Source: a virus | Virus record (IMG/VR): IMGVR_UViG_3300048834_000122 | Coordinates: 1 to 54,132 of that record | Direction: 5' to 3' (one strand) | Length of the DNA: 54,132 nt | Shown: positions 1 to 7,055 of the stretch, piece after piece | Layout of the letters: every line of letters starts with the position of its first letter | Position numbering within the stretch: position 1 is the first letter of the stretch | Notes under the pieces: generated by a model | What the model saw: only the letters and a program-made list of their open reading frames with translations | Databases searched by the model: none | What the model was told of the DNA's origin: nothing | Made by a program: the position numbers and the translations under genes

Positions 1-127
1 TCGAGTTCATCCAGAAATACCGGAAGGAACTGCAATCTCGTGCCAAGGCCGAAGCCGACGCGAAGGACTATTACTTCCCATCGCTGACGCTCGGCTGGAT
101 CGTCGGCCACGTCGTGCTGGCGCTGAT
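1..127. repeat. End overlap, identical to 54006..54132
   Basis: Base-by-base identity over 127 nt (tcgagttcatccagaaataccgg...gtgctggcgctgat). Confidence 0.95.
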
Positions 128-245
128 GCCGATCGCGAACATGTTCGCGGCGGTGTTCGACGTCGCACCCAAGGTCTTCGGTGACCTGTTCGAGTGGATC
201 GGCAAGGCGCTGGACATCCCGCTGGTTCCGAAGCGCAAGAAGTAA
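1..245 (+). CDS. 3' part of a junction-spanning small 2-TM membrane protein gene (5' part at 53909..54132; 113 aa on the circular map)
   Basis: Reading frame starting at nt 3 (EFIQKYRKELQ...LVPKRKK*) continues the ORF begun at ATG 53909. Stop TAA at 243-245. Total length 342 nt after removing the duplicated 127 nt. Confidence 0.7.
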   Translation, partial: EFIQKYRKELQSRAKAEADAKDYYFPSLTLGWIVGHVVLALMPIANMFAAVFDVAPKVFGDLFEWIGKALDIPLVPKRKK

Positions 246-250
246 CTGCC

Positions 251-787
251 ATGACCGCGCTTCGATTGACCTTCGGCGTCGACCCAGGCTTGTCCGGTGC
301 AATCGTCACCCTGCTGGACGGCGAGCCCGGGCCGATCCTCGACATGCCGACCTTCGACAACGGGACGGCGAACGAGGTCGACGCTGCCGCTATCGCGCGG
401 TTCGTGCGAGGCGTCCGCGCAGAGCATGCCGGCGCCCATGTCTCCGCCTGCATCGAGCGGGTGCGAGCGATGCCGAGCACGGGGAAGGGTGAGCAGCGCC
501 GAACCATGGGCGCTCAATCCAGCTTCAACTTCGGCGACGGCTTCGGCCAGGTGAAGTCAGCGTTTCGGGTGCTGGGCATCCAGCCGGTGCTGGTCGAGTC
601 CCGCAGCTGGAAGACGCACATGGGCCTGATCGGCACCGACAAGGACGCAGCCCGCCTGCTGGCGATCAAGCGCTTTCCCAGCGCTGAGCCGCTGCTGCGC
701 CGGAAGAAGGATGGCGGCAGGGCGGATGCGTTGCTCCTGGCGCTCTGGCACGAAAACACGCAACTGCACGGGAGCGTCGCAGCATGA
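251..787 (+). CDS. RuvC-like Holliday junction resolvase
   Basis: MTALRLTFGVDPGLSGAI N-terminus (RuvC-type GxDPG motif) and about 178 aa. Internal ATG 251 chosen because it lies 6 nt after the upstream stop. Confidence 0.7.
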   Translation: MTALRLTFGVDPGLSGAIVTLLDGEPGPILDMPTFDNGTANEVDAAAIARFVRGVRAEHAGAHVSACIERVRAMPSTGKGEQRRTMGAQSSFNFGDGFGQVKSAFRVLGIQPVLVESRSWKTHMGLIGTDKDAARLLAIKRFPSAEPLLRRKKDGGRADALLLALWHENTQLHGSVAA

Positions 788-1584
788 AGCCTGCCGATCT
801 CCAAGCGCTGTTCCCCACTGAGGCGGCGCTGTGCGCACTCTTCATCCGAGAGTTCAACGAGCAGCCGGGCTGGACCTGCTACCCGGAGACAGGCGGCTTC
901 GACGTGTTGGTGGCCCACGAGTCGGGACGGCAGATCGGCGTTGAAGCGAAACAGCGTCTTAACGCGAAGGTGGCGGAGCAGGCTCTACCCAGCCATGGCG
1001 AGGAACTGCATAGCAGGTCTGGCCCAGATCACCGTCTGGTCATCGTGACCAGCATCACCGAGGCGAACGCGGGCATCGCGCGGATGCTGGAAATGTTCGG
1101 AATCCCAGTCTGGGCGCCCCGCATCCAGCAGGGCTGGAATGATCGCCACGAAACTACACACGAGGCCACCTTCGACCTAGAGCGGCGCTTGCGCGACGAC
1201 GCCGAATGTACGGAGCCGCCGAGGTTCCAGTACCACTGGCATAGCGCGCTGTTCGACTGGAATCCCGTAGAGCGCGTAACACTCCCCGATCTTCCGCCTT
1301 GTGTCGCCGCGGGCGTGCCTTGCCCGATCCAGCTCACACCATGGAAGCAGGCTGCGCTGCGCGTGCTGGCTCGGCTGCGCGTGCAGGGGAGCATCACTGC
1401 GAAGGAAATCACCGCCGAGGGTTGCAGCCCGTCGAATTGGACGCAGCGCTGGCTCAAGCAAGGCGCGCATCGCGGGCAGTGGGTCGAGACTGGCGCGATG
1501 CCGAAATTCGATGAGCAGCATCCAGAGCACTACGCCGCTGCGGTGGCACAGATGCAGGCGAACCAGCTGGAGAAAGCCGCATGA
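784..1584 (+). CDS. Hypothetical protein, possible PD-(D/E)xK nuclease fold plus C-terminal winged-helix-like part
   Basis: GGFDVLVAHESGRQIGVEAKQ reads as a D...E-x-K motif. ATGA overlap with the upstream gene and high third-position G+C by eye. Confidence 0.55.
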   Translation: MKPADLQALFPTEAALCALFIREFNEQPGWTCYPETGGFDVLVAHESGRQIGVEAKQRLNAKVAEQALPSHGEELHSRSGPDHRLVIVTSITEANAGIARMLEMFGIPVWAPRIQQGWNDRHETTHEATFDLERRLRDDAECTEPPRFQYHWHSALFDWNPVERVTLPDLPPCVAAGVPCPIQLTPWKQAALRVLARLRVQGSITAKEITAEGCSPSNWTQRWLKQGAHRGQWVETGAMPKFDEQHPEHYAAAVAQMQANQLEKAA

Positions 1585-1754
1585 GCGCCCGCAAGCCAGA
1601 ACGCGCCATGCGCGAGACCTGCCGCAGCCTGACCATGGAAGAGCTCGAAGCCGAGGACAAGTCGCTGAGCAAGGCGATCAACGTCAAGTCGTCGAAGCGC
1701 CGCGCGGTGCGTCGCGAACTTCGCCGCCGCCGCAGCGAGCAGTGGGCGTCATGA
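1581..1754 (+). CDS. Small basic hypothetical protein (57 aa)
   Basis: ATGA overlap at both ends. Sequence MSARKPERAMRETCRSL...RRRRSEQWAS. Below the ORF-track length cutoff. Confidence 0.5.
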   Translation: MSARKPERAMRETCRSLTMEELEAEDKSLSKAINVKSSKRRAVRRELRRRRSEQWAS

Positions 1755-1903
1755 GCACGATCACCGTCAGAATTTCCTGCGATATCGACCCCTTCCGCTA
1801 CAGCCTTTGGTGCATCGTCGCGCAGTGCAGGGAATTGGCTGGGACGCCTACGTGCTTTCACGAGGTCATGGTTAATGCTGGCTTGTGGCGGCGGAAACCA
1901 TGA
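1751..1903 (+). CDS. Small Cys-containing hypothetical protein (50 aa)
   Basis: ATG 1751 overlaps the upstream stop. Sequence MSTITVRISCDIDPFRYSLWCIVAQCRELAGTPTCFHEV. Confidence 0.45.
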   Translation: MSTITVRISCDIDPFRYSLWCIVAQCRELAGTPTCFHEVMVNAGLWRRKP

Positions 1904-2079
1904 GCAAGCGAGGCGGCAAGCGCGTCGTTCTGAAAACCCGCGTGGCAGCGGCGACGGCCGACACCCTGCGCGCCATCGCCGAGCATCGCGGCGAGACCGT
2001 GGCGAAGCTGATCGAGTTCGCGGTGCAGGCGCTGATCGAGGTGGCGAAGAAGCCGGTCGAGGGGGAGGCGAAGGCATGA
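1900..2079 (+). CDS. Ribbon-helix-helix (CopG/Arc-like) DNA-binding protein
   Basis: MSKRGGKRVVLKTRVAAATADTLRAIAEHRGETVAKLIEFAVQALIE has a beta strand followed by two helices. ATGA overlaps on both sides. Confidence 0.55.
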   Translation: MSKRGGKRVVLKTRVAAATADTLRAIAEHRGETVAKLIEFAVQALIEVAKKPVEGEAKA

Positions 2080-2600
2080 AGTGCGCGACCCTAGATGGCT
2101 TTATCTCGATAGAGCGGCTGCGCGAAGTCCTCGAATACGACGCGCTGACTGGCGAATTCAAATGGCTGGTTAACAAGGGGATGCGGGTCTGCATCGGAAA
2201 GCCGGTCGGCGGACTCGATATCAATGGATATCTCCGCATCAAAGTCGATGGGAAAAAGCTCGCGGCTCATCGTCTCGCTTGGGCCTATGTGTTCAACGAA
2301 TGGCCAGAGCATGAGATTGACCACAAAGACGGCGTTAGAACGAACAACAGGATCGGCAATCTTCGACAGGCCACTGACGCTCAGAACTGCGCGAACCGGA
2401 GGACGTATCGCACCAACCGTTCCGGTCATAGGGGTGTCCGCTGGCGCGCTGATGCCGGGAAATGGGAAGCGCGGCTGGGGGTCAATGGCAAGAAAATATG
2501 CCTCGGCCATCACGTGCGAATCGAGGATGCGATTGCTGCCAGGGCCAAAGCGGAGTTGGAACACTTCGGCGAGTTCGCGCCGCGAGATAGCCTCGGATGA
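2076..2600 (+). CDS. HNH homing-type endonuclease with AP2-like DNA-binding domain
   Basis: EIDHKDGVRTNNRIGNLRQATDAQNCAN (HNH_3-type motif) followed by GVRWRADAGKWEARLGVNGKKICLGHH (AP2-like). Confidence 0.8.
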   Translation: MKCATLDGFISIERLREVLEYDALTGEFKWLVNKGMRVCIGKPVGGLDINGYLRIKVDGKKLAAHRLAWAYVFNEWPEHEIDHKDGVRTNNRIGNLRQATDAQNCANRRTYRTNRSGHRGVRWRADAGKWEARLGVNGKKICLGHHVRIEDAIAARAKAELEHFGEFAPRDSLG

Positions 2601-2863
2601 GCGCAGCGGACTCTTACAGAAACCCGGAACGTTTCACCGAGCGCCGTGGCGCGAAACGCTACCGCGCAGCGATCAATCGGCTGGGTCTCTGCTGCGCCTG
2701 CATCCATCGAGACCGCGAAAACACGGCATGGGGCAAGTCGATCTGTCAGTACGGCCAGACCCGGATCTATCCGCAGTGCCAAACCGATGGGCGCGCCAGC
2801 AAGTTCGAACCCGATGGCGAAGAGGTTCATCGGATCATGGAGGGGATGCAACATGCAGCCTGA
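2597..2863 (+). CDS. Cys-rich hypothetical protein
   Basis: ATGA overlap with the upstream gene. Contains LGLCCACIHRD...ICQYG...PQCQ. Confidence 0.5.
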   Translation: MSAADSYRNPERFTERRGAKRYRAAINRLGLCCACIHRDRENTAWGKSICQYGQTRIYPQCQTDGRASKFEPDGEEVHRIMEGMQHAA

Positions 2864-3281
2864 TACGTTCGGCGTCTACGTTGGCCGCAGGCTCGACGAG
2901 TGGGGCACGGAATTCTGTCTGGCCCGAGACATGGACTACCTCGGCCACCAATCGAAGAACATCCTGCAGGTGCTGATCGAGCACAGGGGCGAGATGCCGG
3001 AGCGCCAGCAGGGGTACAAGCCGCTGCAGGTGTCGCTGTCGGCCCTGCAGATCGAGCAGATCATCACGGGCCTGGCGCGGGAGCAGGTGGCGACCGCATG
3101 CGCCTTGCGCGGGTACTACTGCGGAAGCGGGCGCCGGAAGGTCGAGCGCTGGGAGACCGCGAACCTGCTGGCGACTACGGCCGGCGCGCGCATGATGTCG
3201 CAGCGGCACTACCTGACCCTGATCACCATCGGCGAGATGTACGTCCGGGGCGTGCTCCAAGGGATCGCGCAGGCTGCTTGA
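2853..3281 (+). CDS. Putative late-gene antiterminator (phage-82-type Q-like)
   Basis: LDEWG..., ALRGYYCGSG and a C-terminal GEMYVRGVL resemble the recalled 82-type Q family. A near-consensus promoter plus strong terminator and the lysis genes follow directly. Confidence 0.5.
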   Translation: MQPDTFGVYVGRRLDEWGTEFCLARDMDYLGHQSKNILQVLIEHRGEMPERQQGYKPLQVSLSALQIEQIITGLAREQVATACALRGYYCGSGRRKVERWETANLLATTAGARMMSQRHYLTLITIGEMYVRGVLQGIAQAA

Positions 3282-3306
3282 CAGGTGCGCACCTCCAGCG
3301 TAGAAA
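3278..3306 (+). promoter_or_regulatory. Candidate late promoter (PR'-like)
   Basis: TTGACA (3278-3283), 17-nt spacer, TAGAAA (3301-3306). The -35 overlaps the Q-like stop codon. Confidence 0.55.
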
Positions 3307-3333
3307 TTGCGGCACGCTTCCAAAAGTCCCCCT

Positions 3334-3359
3334 GAAACCCTGCCTTGCGGCGGGGTTTC
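3334..3359 (+). terminator. Strong hairpin terminator (tR'-like) between late promoter and tRNA/lysis genes
   Basis: GAAACCCTGCC-ttgc-GGCGGGGTTTC, an 11-bp stem (one G-T pair) with a tetraloop, followed by a T-rich tcgtatctgt. Confidence 0.65.
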
Positions 3360-3369
3360 TCGTATCTGT

Positions 3370-3441
3370 AGTCGGGTAGCTCAACTGGTAGAGCAGTGCG
3401 TTGTAAGCACTAGGTCGCTGGTTCGAATCCAGCCCCGACTT
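3370..3441 (+). tRNA. tRNA-Thr (anticodon UGU), phage-encoded
   Basis: Hand-folded cloverleaf:
- acceptor AGTCGGG/CCCGACT
- D arm GCTC-AACTGGTA-GAGC
- anticodon arm AGTGC-GTTGTAA-GCACT
- variable loop AGGTC
- T arm GCTGG-TTCGAAT-CCAGC
No encoded CCA. One irregularity: no nucleotide between the D and anticodon stems. Confidence 0.75.
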
Positions 3442-3559
3442 CCCATCCCCGCACCAGGCGGAGCCTTCGTGGTTCCTCGTCAACGCCTGAACGTGGCGGT
3501 GATCGGCGCTGTCTTTGACCTGTCGGTTGGGGCAGCGCTGCTTTATTCGGAGTAATGCC

Positions 3560-4198
3560 GTGCTGCTCACTGCCAAACAGATCGAGCAGTCTGCGGGCTG
3601 CTCGGCGTCTACTGCCGTGCGTTGGTACACCCCGCTTCGTGCGGCGTGCATGCGCTACGACATCGACACGCCGGCGCGCTTGGCGGCCTTCATGGCGCAG
3701 GTTGGCCACGAGTCGGGCAGCCTGAATCGGACGGTCGAGAACCTGAACTACGGCGCTGCTGGGCTGCTGGGGACTTGGCCGAGTCGCTTCACCCGGGAAA
3801 GCGCGGCATCACTGGCGCGGAAGCCGGAAGCGATCGCGAACAAGGTCTACGGCGGCAGGCTCGGCAACGGCGACGAGGCAAGCGGCGACGGCTGGCGCTA
3901 CCGTGGTCGCGGCCTGATCCAGATCACCGGGAAGGCGAACTACAGCGGGATCCGCGACACGCTCCGGCAGCGGACGCCGGACGCGCCGGACTTCGTGGGC
4001 CAGCCTGAACTGCTGGAAACCCCGCAGTGGGCGGCGATGTCAGCCGCGGCGTACTGGGACGATCACGACCTGAACAAGCTCGCCGACGTCCAGGACTTCC
4101 GCAAGATCACCACGCGGATCAATGGCGGCCAGATCGGCGCTGCTGATCGCAATGCGCGCTATGCGAAAGCGAGGCGCGTTTTCGGGGTTACCCCGTGA
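3560..4198 (+). CDS. Endolysin, glycoside hydrolase family 19 (chitinase-like) type
   Basis: AAFMAQVGHESGSL...NYGAAG...YGGRLGNG...GWRYRGRGLIQITGKANY is the GH19 phage lysin signature. GTG 3560 preferred over the track start at 3515. Confidence 0.85.
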   Translation: MLLTAKQIEQSAGCSASTAVRWYTPLRAACMRYDIDTPARLAAFMAQVGHESGSLNRTVENLNYGAAGLLGTWPSRFTRESAASLARKPEAIANKVYGGRLGNGDEASGDGWRYRGRGLIQITGKANYSGIRDTLRQRTPDAPDFVGQPELLETPQWAAMSAAAYWDDHDLNKLADVQDFRKITTRINGGQIGAADRNARYAKARRVFGVTP

Positions 4199-4509
4199 GC
4201 GAGTTGACGCCCTGGCTGGTTGCCGGCGGATCCGGTGCACTGCTGATCACCCGGGAGATATGGGCAGCGATCGTGTCGCGCCGCAAGAACCGCACCGAAA
4301 CCGACGCCAATGTTGACCTGCTGAACGGGCTGGTCAGTCGGGTGAAGTGGTTGGAGGAGTCGCACTTCAAGCTGTCGAATCAGCTGAACGAGGAAATCCG
4401 GCTCCGGCACGCTGCGGAGGAAGTGGCGCACAAGCTCCGGCTGCGCGTCGCCACGCTGGAGTCCGTCATGCGGTCCATTGGCGCGGTGATCCCGCCCGAG
4501 CAGGACTGA
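4195..4509 (+). CDS. Membrane-anchored coiled-coil protein (i-spanin-like or lysis accessory)
   Basis: N-terminal hydrophobic segment PWLVAGGSGALLI followed by a long heptad-like helix. GTGA overlap with the endolysin gene. Confidence 0.35.
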   Translation: MSELTPWLVAGGSGALLITREIWAAIVSRRKNRTETDANVDLLNGLVSRVKWLEESHFKLSNQLNEEIRLRHAAEEVAHKLRLRVATLESVMRSIGAVIPPEQD

Positions 4510-4518
4510 GGGCAGGAC

Positions 4519-4887
4519 ATGATCCAGAACCGCGAATCCATGAACATCGCCGGCGCATTCGTCGCGATCGGTCTGGTCTGCATCCTCGGCTTCATCACCT
4601 GGGCGCTCGTGTTCCAGGCGATCCCGGACGGGAATGAGAACAGCCTGACCCTGCTGATCGGCGTGCTGTCGGCGAATGTCGGACTGGTAGTCGGTTTCTT
4701 CTTCGGCTCCAGCGTGACGAACAAGAAGCAAACCGATGCGATCGAAGCGATGGCCAAGACCGCCCAGACCGCTGGGTCGGCGCTATCCGATCCGGGCGCC
4801 ATCGTGCTGAAGGAAGGCCAGTCGGCGACGGCAACCGCCACGCCGGCCGGAACCGTGATCGAACCACAAACCAACGGAGATCCATGA
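4519..4887 (+). CDS. Putative holin (two TM segments, hydrophilic tail)
   Basis: NIAGAFVAIGLVCILGFITWALVF and LTLLIGVLSANVGLVVGFFFG. Two Met codons (M1, M8) lie before TM1. Confidence 0.5.
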   Translation: MIQNRESMNIAGAFVAIGLVCILGFITWALVFQAIPDGNENSLTLLIGVLSANVGLVVGFFFGSSVTNKKQTDAIEAMAKTAQTAGSALSDPGAIVLKEGQSATATATPAGTVIEPQTNGDP

Positions 4888-5219
4888 TGAAAGGCAAGTT
4901 CAAATCGCTACTCGCTGCCGTGCTGCTGGTCGGCATGGTCCTGGCATCCACTGCATTCACCGGCTGCGCCGGCCTGCAGACCCAGGAGCAGAAGATCGCT
5001 GTGGCCTGCGAAGGCGCAGCCTCTGCGGCCGACAGCATCGCAGTCGCCACCGAAAGCGGCCGCGTCACCCAGGAGCAGGCACAGAAGGCCTTGGCGGTCT
5101 ACCGGACCACGGTGCCGTTCTGCCAGCCCGTCCCGCTGAGCAAGATCAGCGATGTCGATTACGCGGCGCTGATCGCGGCGTCGGCCAGCCTGTCCGCGAT
5201 TGCTGGAGGTGCGCAATGA
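4884..5219 (+). CDS. Lipoprotein (o-spanin-like or other outer-membrane lipoprotein)
   Basis: Signal peptide MMKGKFKSLLAAVLLVGMVLASTAFTG-C with a lipobox-like FTGC. ATGA overlap with the upstream gene. Confidence 0.5.
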   Translation: MMKGKFKSLLAAVLLVGMVLASTAFTGCAGLQTQEQKIAVACEGAASAADSIAVATESGRVTQEQAQKALAVYRTTVPFCQPVPLSKISDVDYAALIAASASLSAIAGGAQ

Positions 5220-5386
5220 GCCTCAAGCCCGGAGACATCACTGCGCTGATCGCGCTGATCGAAATCGCGACCAAGGCCGCAGCCTCGATCAAGAAGATCA
5301 GGGCCGAGAACCCCGAGGCCTATGCCGAGGTCGGCAAGCATCACGCCGATGCGCTGGCCAGGCTGGAAGCGGCGGCCGAAGGCTGA
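5216..5386 (+). CDS. Small hypothetical protein (56 aa)
   Basis: ATGA overlap. Sequence MSLKPGDITALIALIEIATKAAASIKKIRAENPEAYAEV. Confidence 0.45.
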   Translation: MSLKPGDITALIALIEIATKAAASIKKIRAENPEAYAEVGKHHADALARLEAAAEG

Positions 5387-5389
5387 TCC

Positions 5390-5644
5390 GTGAAGCGCGA
5401 CCTCTACATCGTCGGCCCTCGCAAGAAGGCCGACGCTAAGAGGATGCCTTGGGTACTGACCTTTAACCGCACCTACGTCGTCGACTTCCCGACACAGGCA
5501 GGTGCGGTCAGCTACTCGGCCAGCGTCGCACGCTATCGCCTCAATGAGACTGGTCGCGTGTCCGAGCTCCAGATCAAGGGCAAGGACGGCCAGATCAAGG
5601 ACTGCCGCACGTATGGCAGGGATCCGAAGGGAACGAAGGGATGA
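5390..5644 (+). CDS. DUF2188-like small protein
   Basis: GTG start. A C-terminal ...CRTYGRDPKGTKG resembles the recalled DUF2188 ending. Confidence 0.45.
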   Translation: MKRDLYIVGPRKKADAKRMPWVLTFNRTYVVDFPTQAGAVSYSASVARYRLNETGRVSELQIKGKDGQIKDCRTYGRDPKGTKG

Positions 5645-5820
5645 GCAAGGGCGGAGATAGCGAGGCGGCCTTCGGCTACAGCATCCACGTCGCTGAAGCG
5701 GTGCAGGGCCCCAAGGGCTTCAGCTACGAAGGGGTGCAGTACGTCGACCTGCACGGCCCCGATGGCGTCGAGCGCATCTGGGAACGAGGCGCCGATGCAG
5801 GGGCACAGGGAACTGCATGA
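5641..5820 (+). CDS. Small hypothetical protein (59 aa)
   Basis: ATGA overlaps at both ends. High third-position G+C by eye. Confidence 0.45.
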   Translation: MSKGGDSEAAFGYSIHVAEAVQGPKGFSYEGVQYVDLHGPDGVERIWERGADAGAQGTA

Positions 5821-5900
5821 GCAAGCTCAACAGCATGAAGCGCCACCCGCTGGCGTACGGCATCTGCCTGGCGCTGTTCTGGAACAACCAGCAGCCGTGA
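5817..5900 (+). CDS. Very small hypothetical ORF (27 aa)
   Basis: This frame has better third-position G+C than the overlapping 79-aa track ORF. ATGA and GTGA coupling to its neighbours. Confidence 0.3.
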   Translation: MSKLNSMKRHPLAYGICLALFWNNQQP

Positions 5901-6001
5901 CCTGCACGAGGTGCCAGCGCATTCGCTCGGCCGTGAAGGTCCGGGTGCTGGACCCGGTGACAGGGCTGGTGGTGTGGGTGGTCAAGCAGGCGAAGCGCTG
6001 A
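5897..6001 (+). CDS. Very small hypothetical ORF (34 aa, CxxC)
   Basis: GTG 5897 overlaps the upstream stop. Codon bias is good only from this point in the frame. Confidence 0.3.
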   Translation: MTCTRCQRIRSAVKVRVLDPVTGLVVWVVKQAKR

Positions 6002-6156
6002 TGCGCCAGACGGCCAGCATCCGGATCAACATCGCCTGGTGGGCGAGGCTCTACCTCGTTAGCGTGGCCACCTTCGCAGCCCTGACTGGCATGGAGCCGG
6101 ACATGGCCAAGGTGGCAGCGGTGGTGAAGCGCGGCATGCGTGTGCAGGTGTCCTGA
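6001..6156 (+). CDS. Small membrane-like hypothetical protein (51 aa)
   Basis: The ATG shares one base with the upstream stop. Contains INIAWWARLYLVSVATFAALTG. Confidence 0.45.
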   Translation: MRQTASIRINIAWWARLYLVSVATFAALTGMEPDMAKVAAVVKRGMRVQVS

Positions 6157-6512
6157 TGGGCAGGCTGCACACCAGCGCACCACGGCTCAGGAAGGTGGGC
6201 ACCACACTGAAGGCAGCGAGCACCCCCGATGCGAACTATGGGAAGGGAAGAGGCGGCAGGCCATGGCGTCGCAAGCGCCTCGACGTGTTCGCCAGAGACC
6301 TCTACACCTGCAAGCACTGCGGCAGGACCTTCCCGCCAGAGCGCTTGGCCTGCGACCACATCACGCCGCAGTCCCAAGGCGGCACAGACGAGCCCGACAA
6401 CCTGCAGACGCTGTGCGATGGCCCTGGAAGCTGCCATGAGGCCAAGACCAAGACCGAGATGGGCGCGCAACGCGAAGGGTCGACTATCAACAGGTTATCC
6501 ACAGGCGCGTGA
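6156..6512 (+). CDS. HNH endonuclease (terminase-associated type)
   Basis: YTCKHCGRTF...ACDHITPQSQGGTDEPDNLQTLCDGPGSCHEAK. Lies immediately upstream of terS/terL, as in HK97-like cos phages. Confidence 0.85.
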   Translation: MGRLHTSAPRLRKVGTTLKAASTPDANYGKGRGGRPWRRKRLDVFARDLYTCKHCGRTFPPERLACDHITPQSQGGTDEPDNLQTLCDGPGSCHEAKTKTEMGAQREGSTINRLSTGA

Positions 6513-6538
6513 AGGCGAAACTGAACGGCTGTGGATAA
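6495..6538. repeat. Perfect 10-bp inverted repeat carrying two DnaA-box consensus 9-mers
   Basis: TTATCCACAG (6495-6504) and CTGTGGATAA (6529-6538), separated by 24 bp and bracketing the HNH stop codon. Confidence 0.8.
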
Positions 6539-6644
6539 GTCGGGGGGGGAGGGGTCCGAACTCAGGTCGCCTCGCGCCGGACACCGACCCCGCTCCCACG
6601 TAGAGGTTTTTTCTAGCCCCGGAATTTCGGCTCGAACCCCATTT

Positions 6645-7055
6645 ATGCGCAAAAACACGAAATCGGGCCGACCGGCTTTCAAGCCGACCGCGGTCCAGCG
6701 CCGCAAGGTGACGAATGCGGCTGCCGGTGGCATGGCGCACGAGGAGATCGCCGTAGCGCTGGGGATCGCCCGCAACACCCTGGCGAAGTACTTCGAGCGG
6801 GAGCTTTCGACCGGGGCCCTGAACCGCCGCATGGAGGTTCTGGACGCGATGGCGCGCACGGCGCTGAAGGGCAATGTGTCGGCGCAGAAGGCCTATCTGG
6901 CGATGACGCCGACGCTCGCAGCGCCGCCGGTTGAACCGAGCAAGCCGCTCGGCAAAAAGGAACAGGCCCAGGCCGATGCGCAGACCGCGCAGCAGGGGAC
7001 TGGTTGGGATGAACTGTTGCCGGTAGGCGTGACACCGATTCGCAAGGCCAGCTGA
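6645..7055 (+). CDS. terS: Terminase small subunit
   Basis: HTH-like MAHEEIAVALGIARNTLAKYF. Positioned directly upstream of terL with a 1-nt overlap. Confidence 0.7.
   Translation: MRKNTKSGRPAFKPTAVQRRKVTNAAAGGMAHEEIAVALGIARNTLAKYFERELSTGALNRRMEVLDAMARTALKGNVSAQKAYLAMTPTLAAPPVEPSKPLGKKEQAQADAQTAQQGTGWDELLPVGVTPIRKAS

Noticed and set aside
3370-3441. The tRNA-Thr as the integration target or attP core.
   Set aside because: It is a full-length tRNA about 20 kb (the shorter way round the circle) from int, and it sits in the late leader. The attP-like fragment with arm repeats lies next to int at 37.6-37.9 kb.
3515-3559. The N-terminal extension of the endolysin ORF (MTCRLGQRCFIRSNA).
   Set aside because: The residues are not lysin-like and the codon bias is poor. 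The in-frame GTG at 3560 gives a typical GH19 lysin N-terminus.
5762-6001. The 79-aa track ORF.
   Set aside because: Its first two thirds have poor third-position G+C, while the overlapping frame (5817-5900) is better. It was therefore split into two tiny, low-confidence ORFs.
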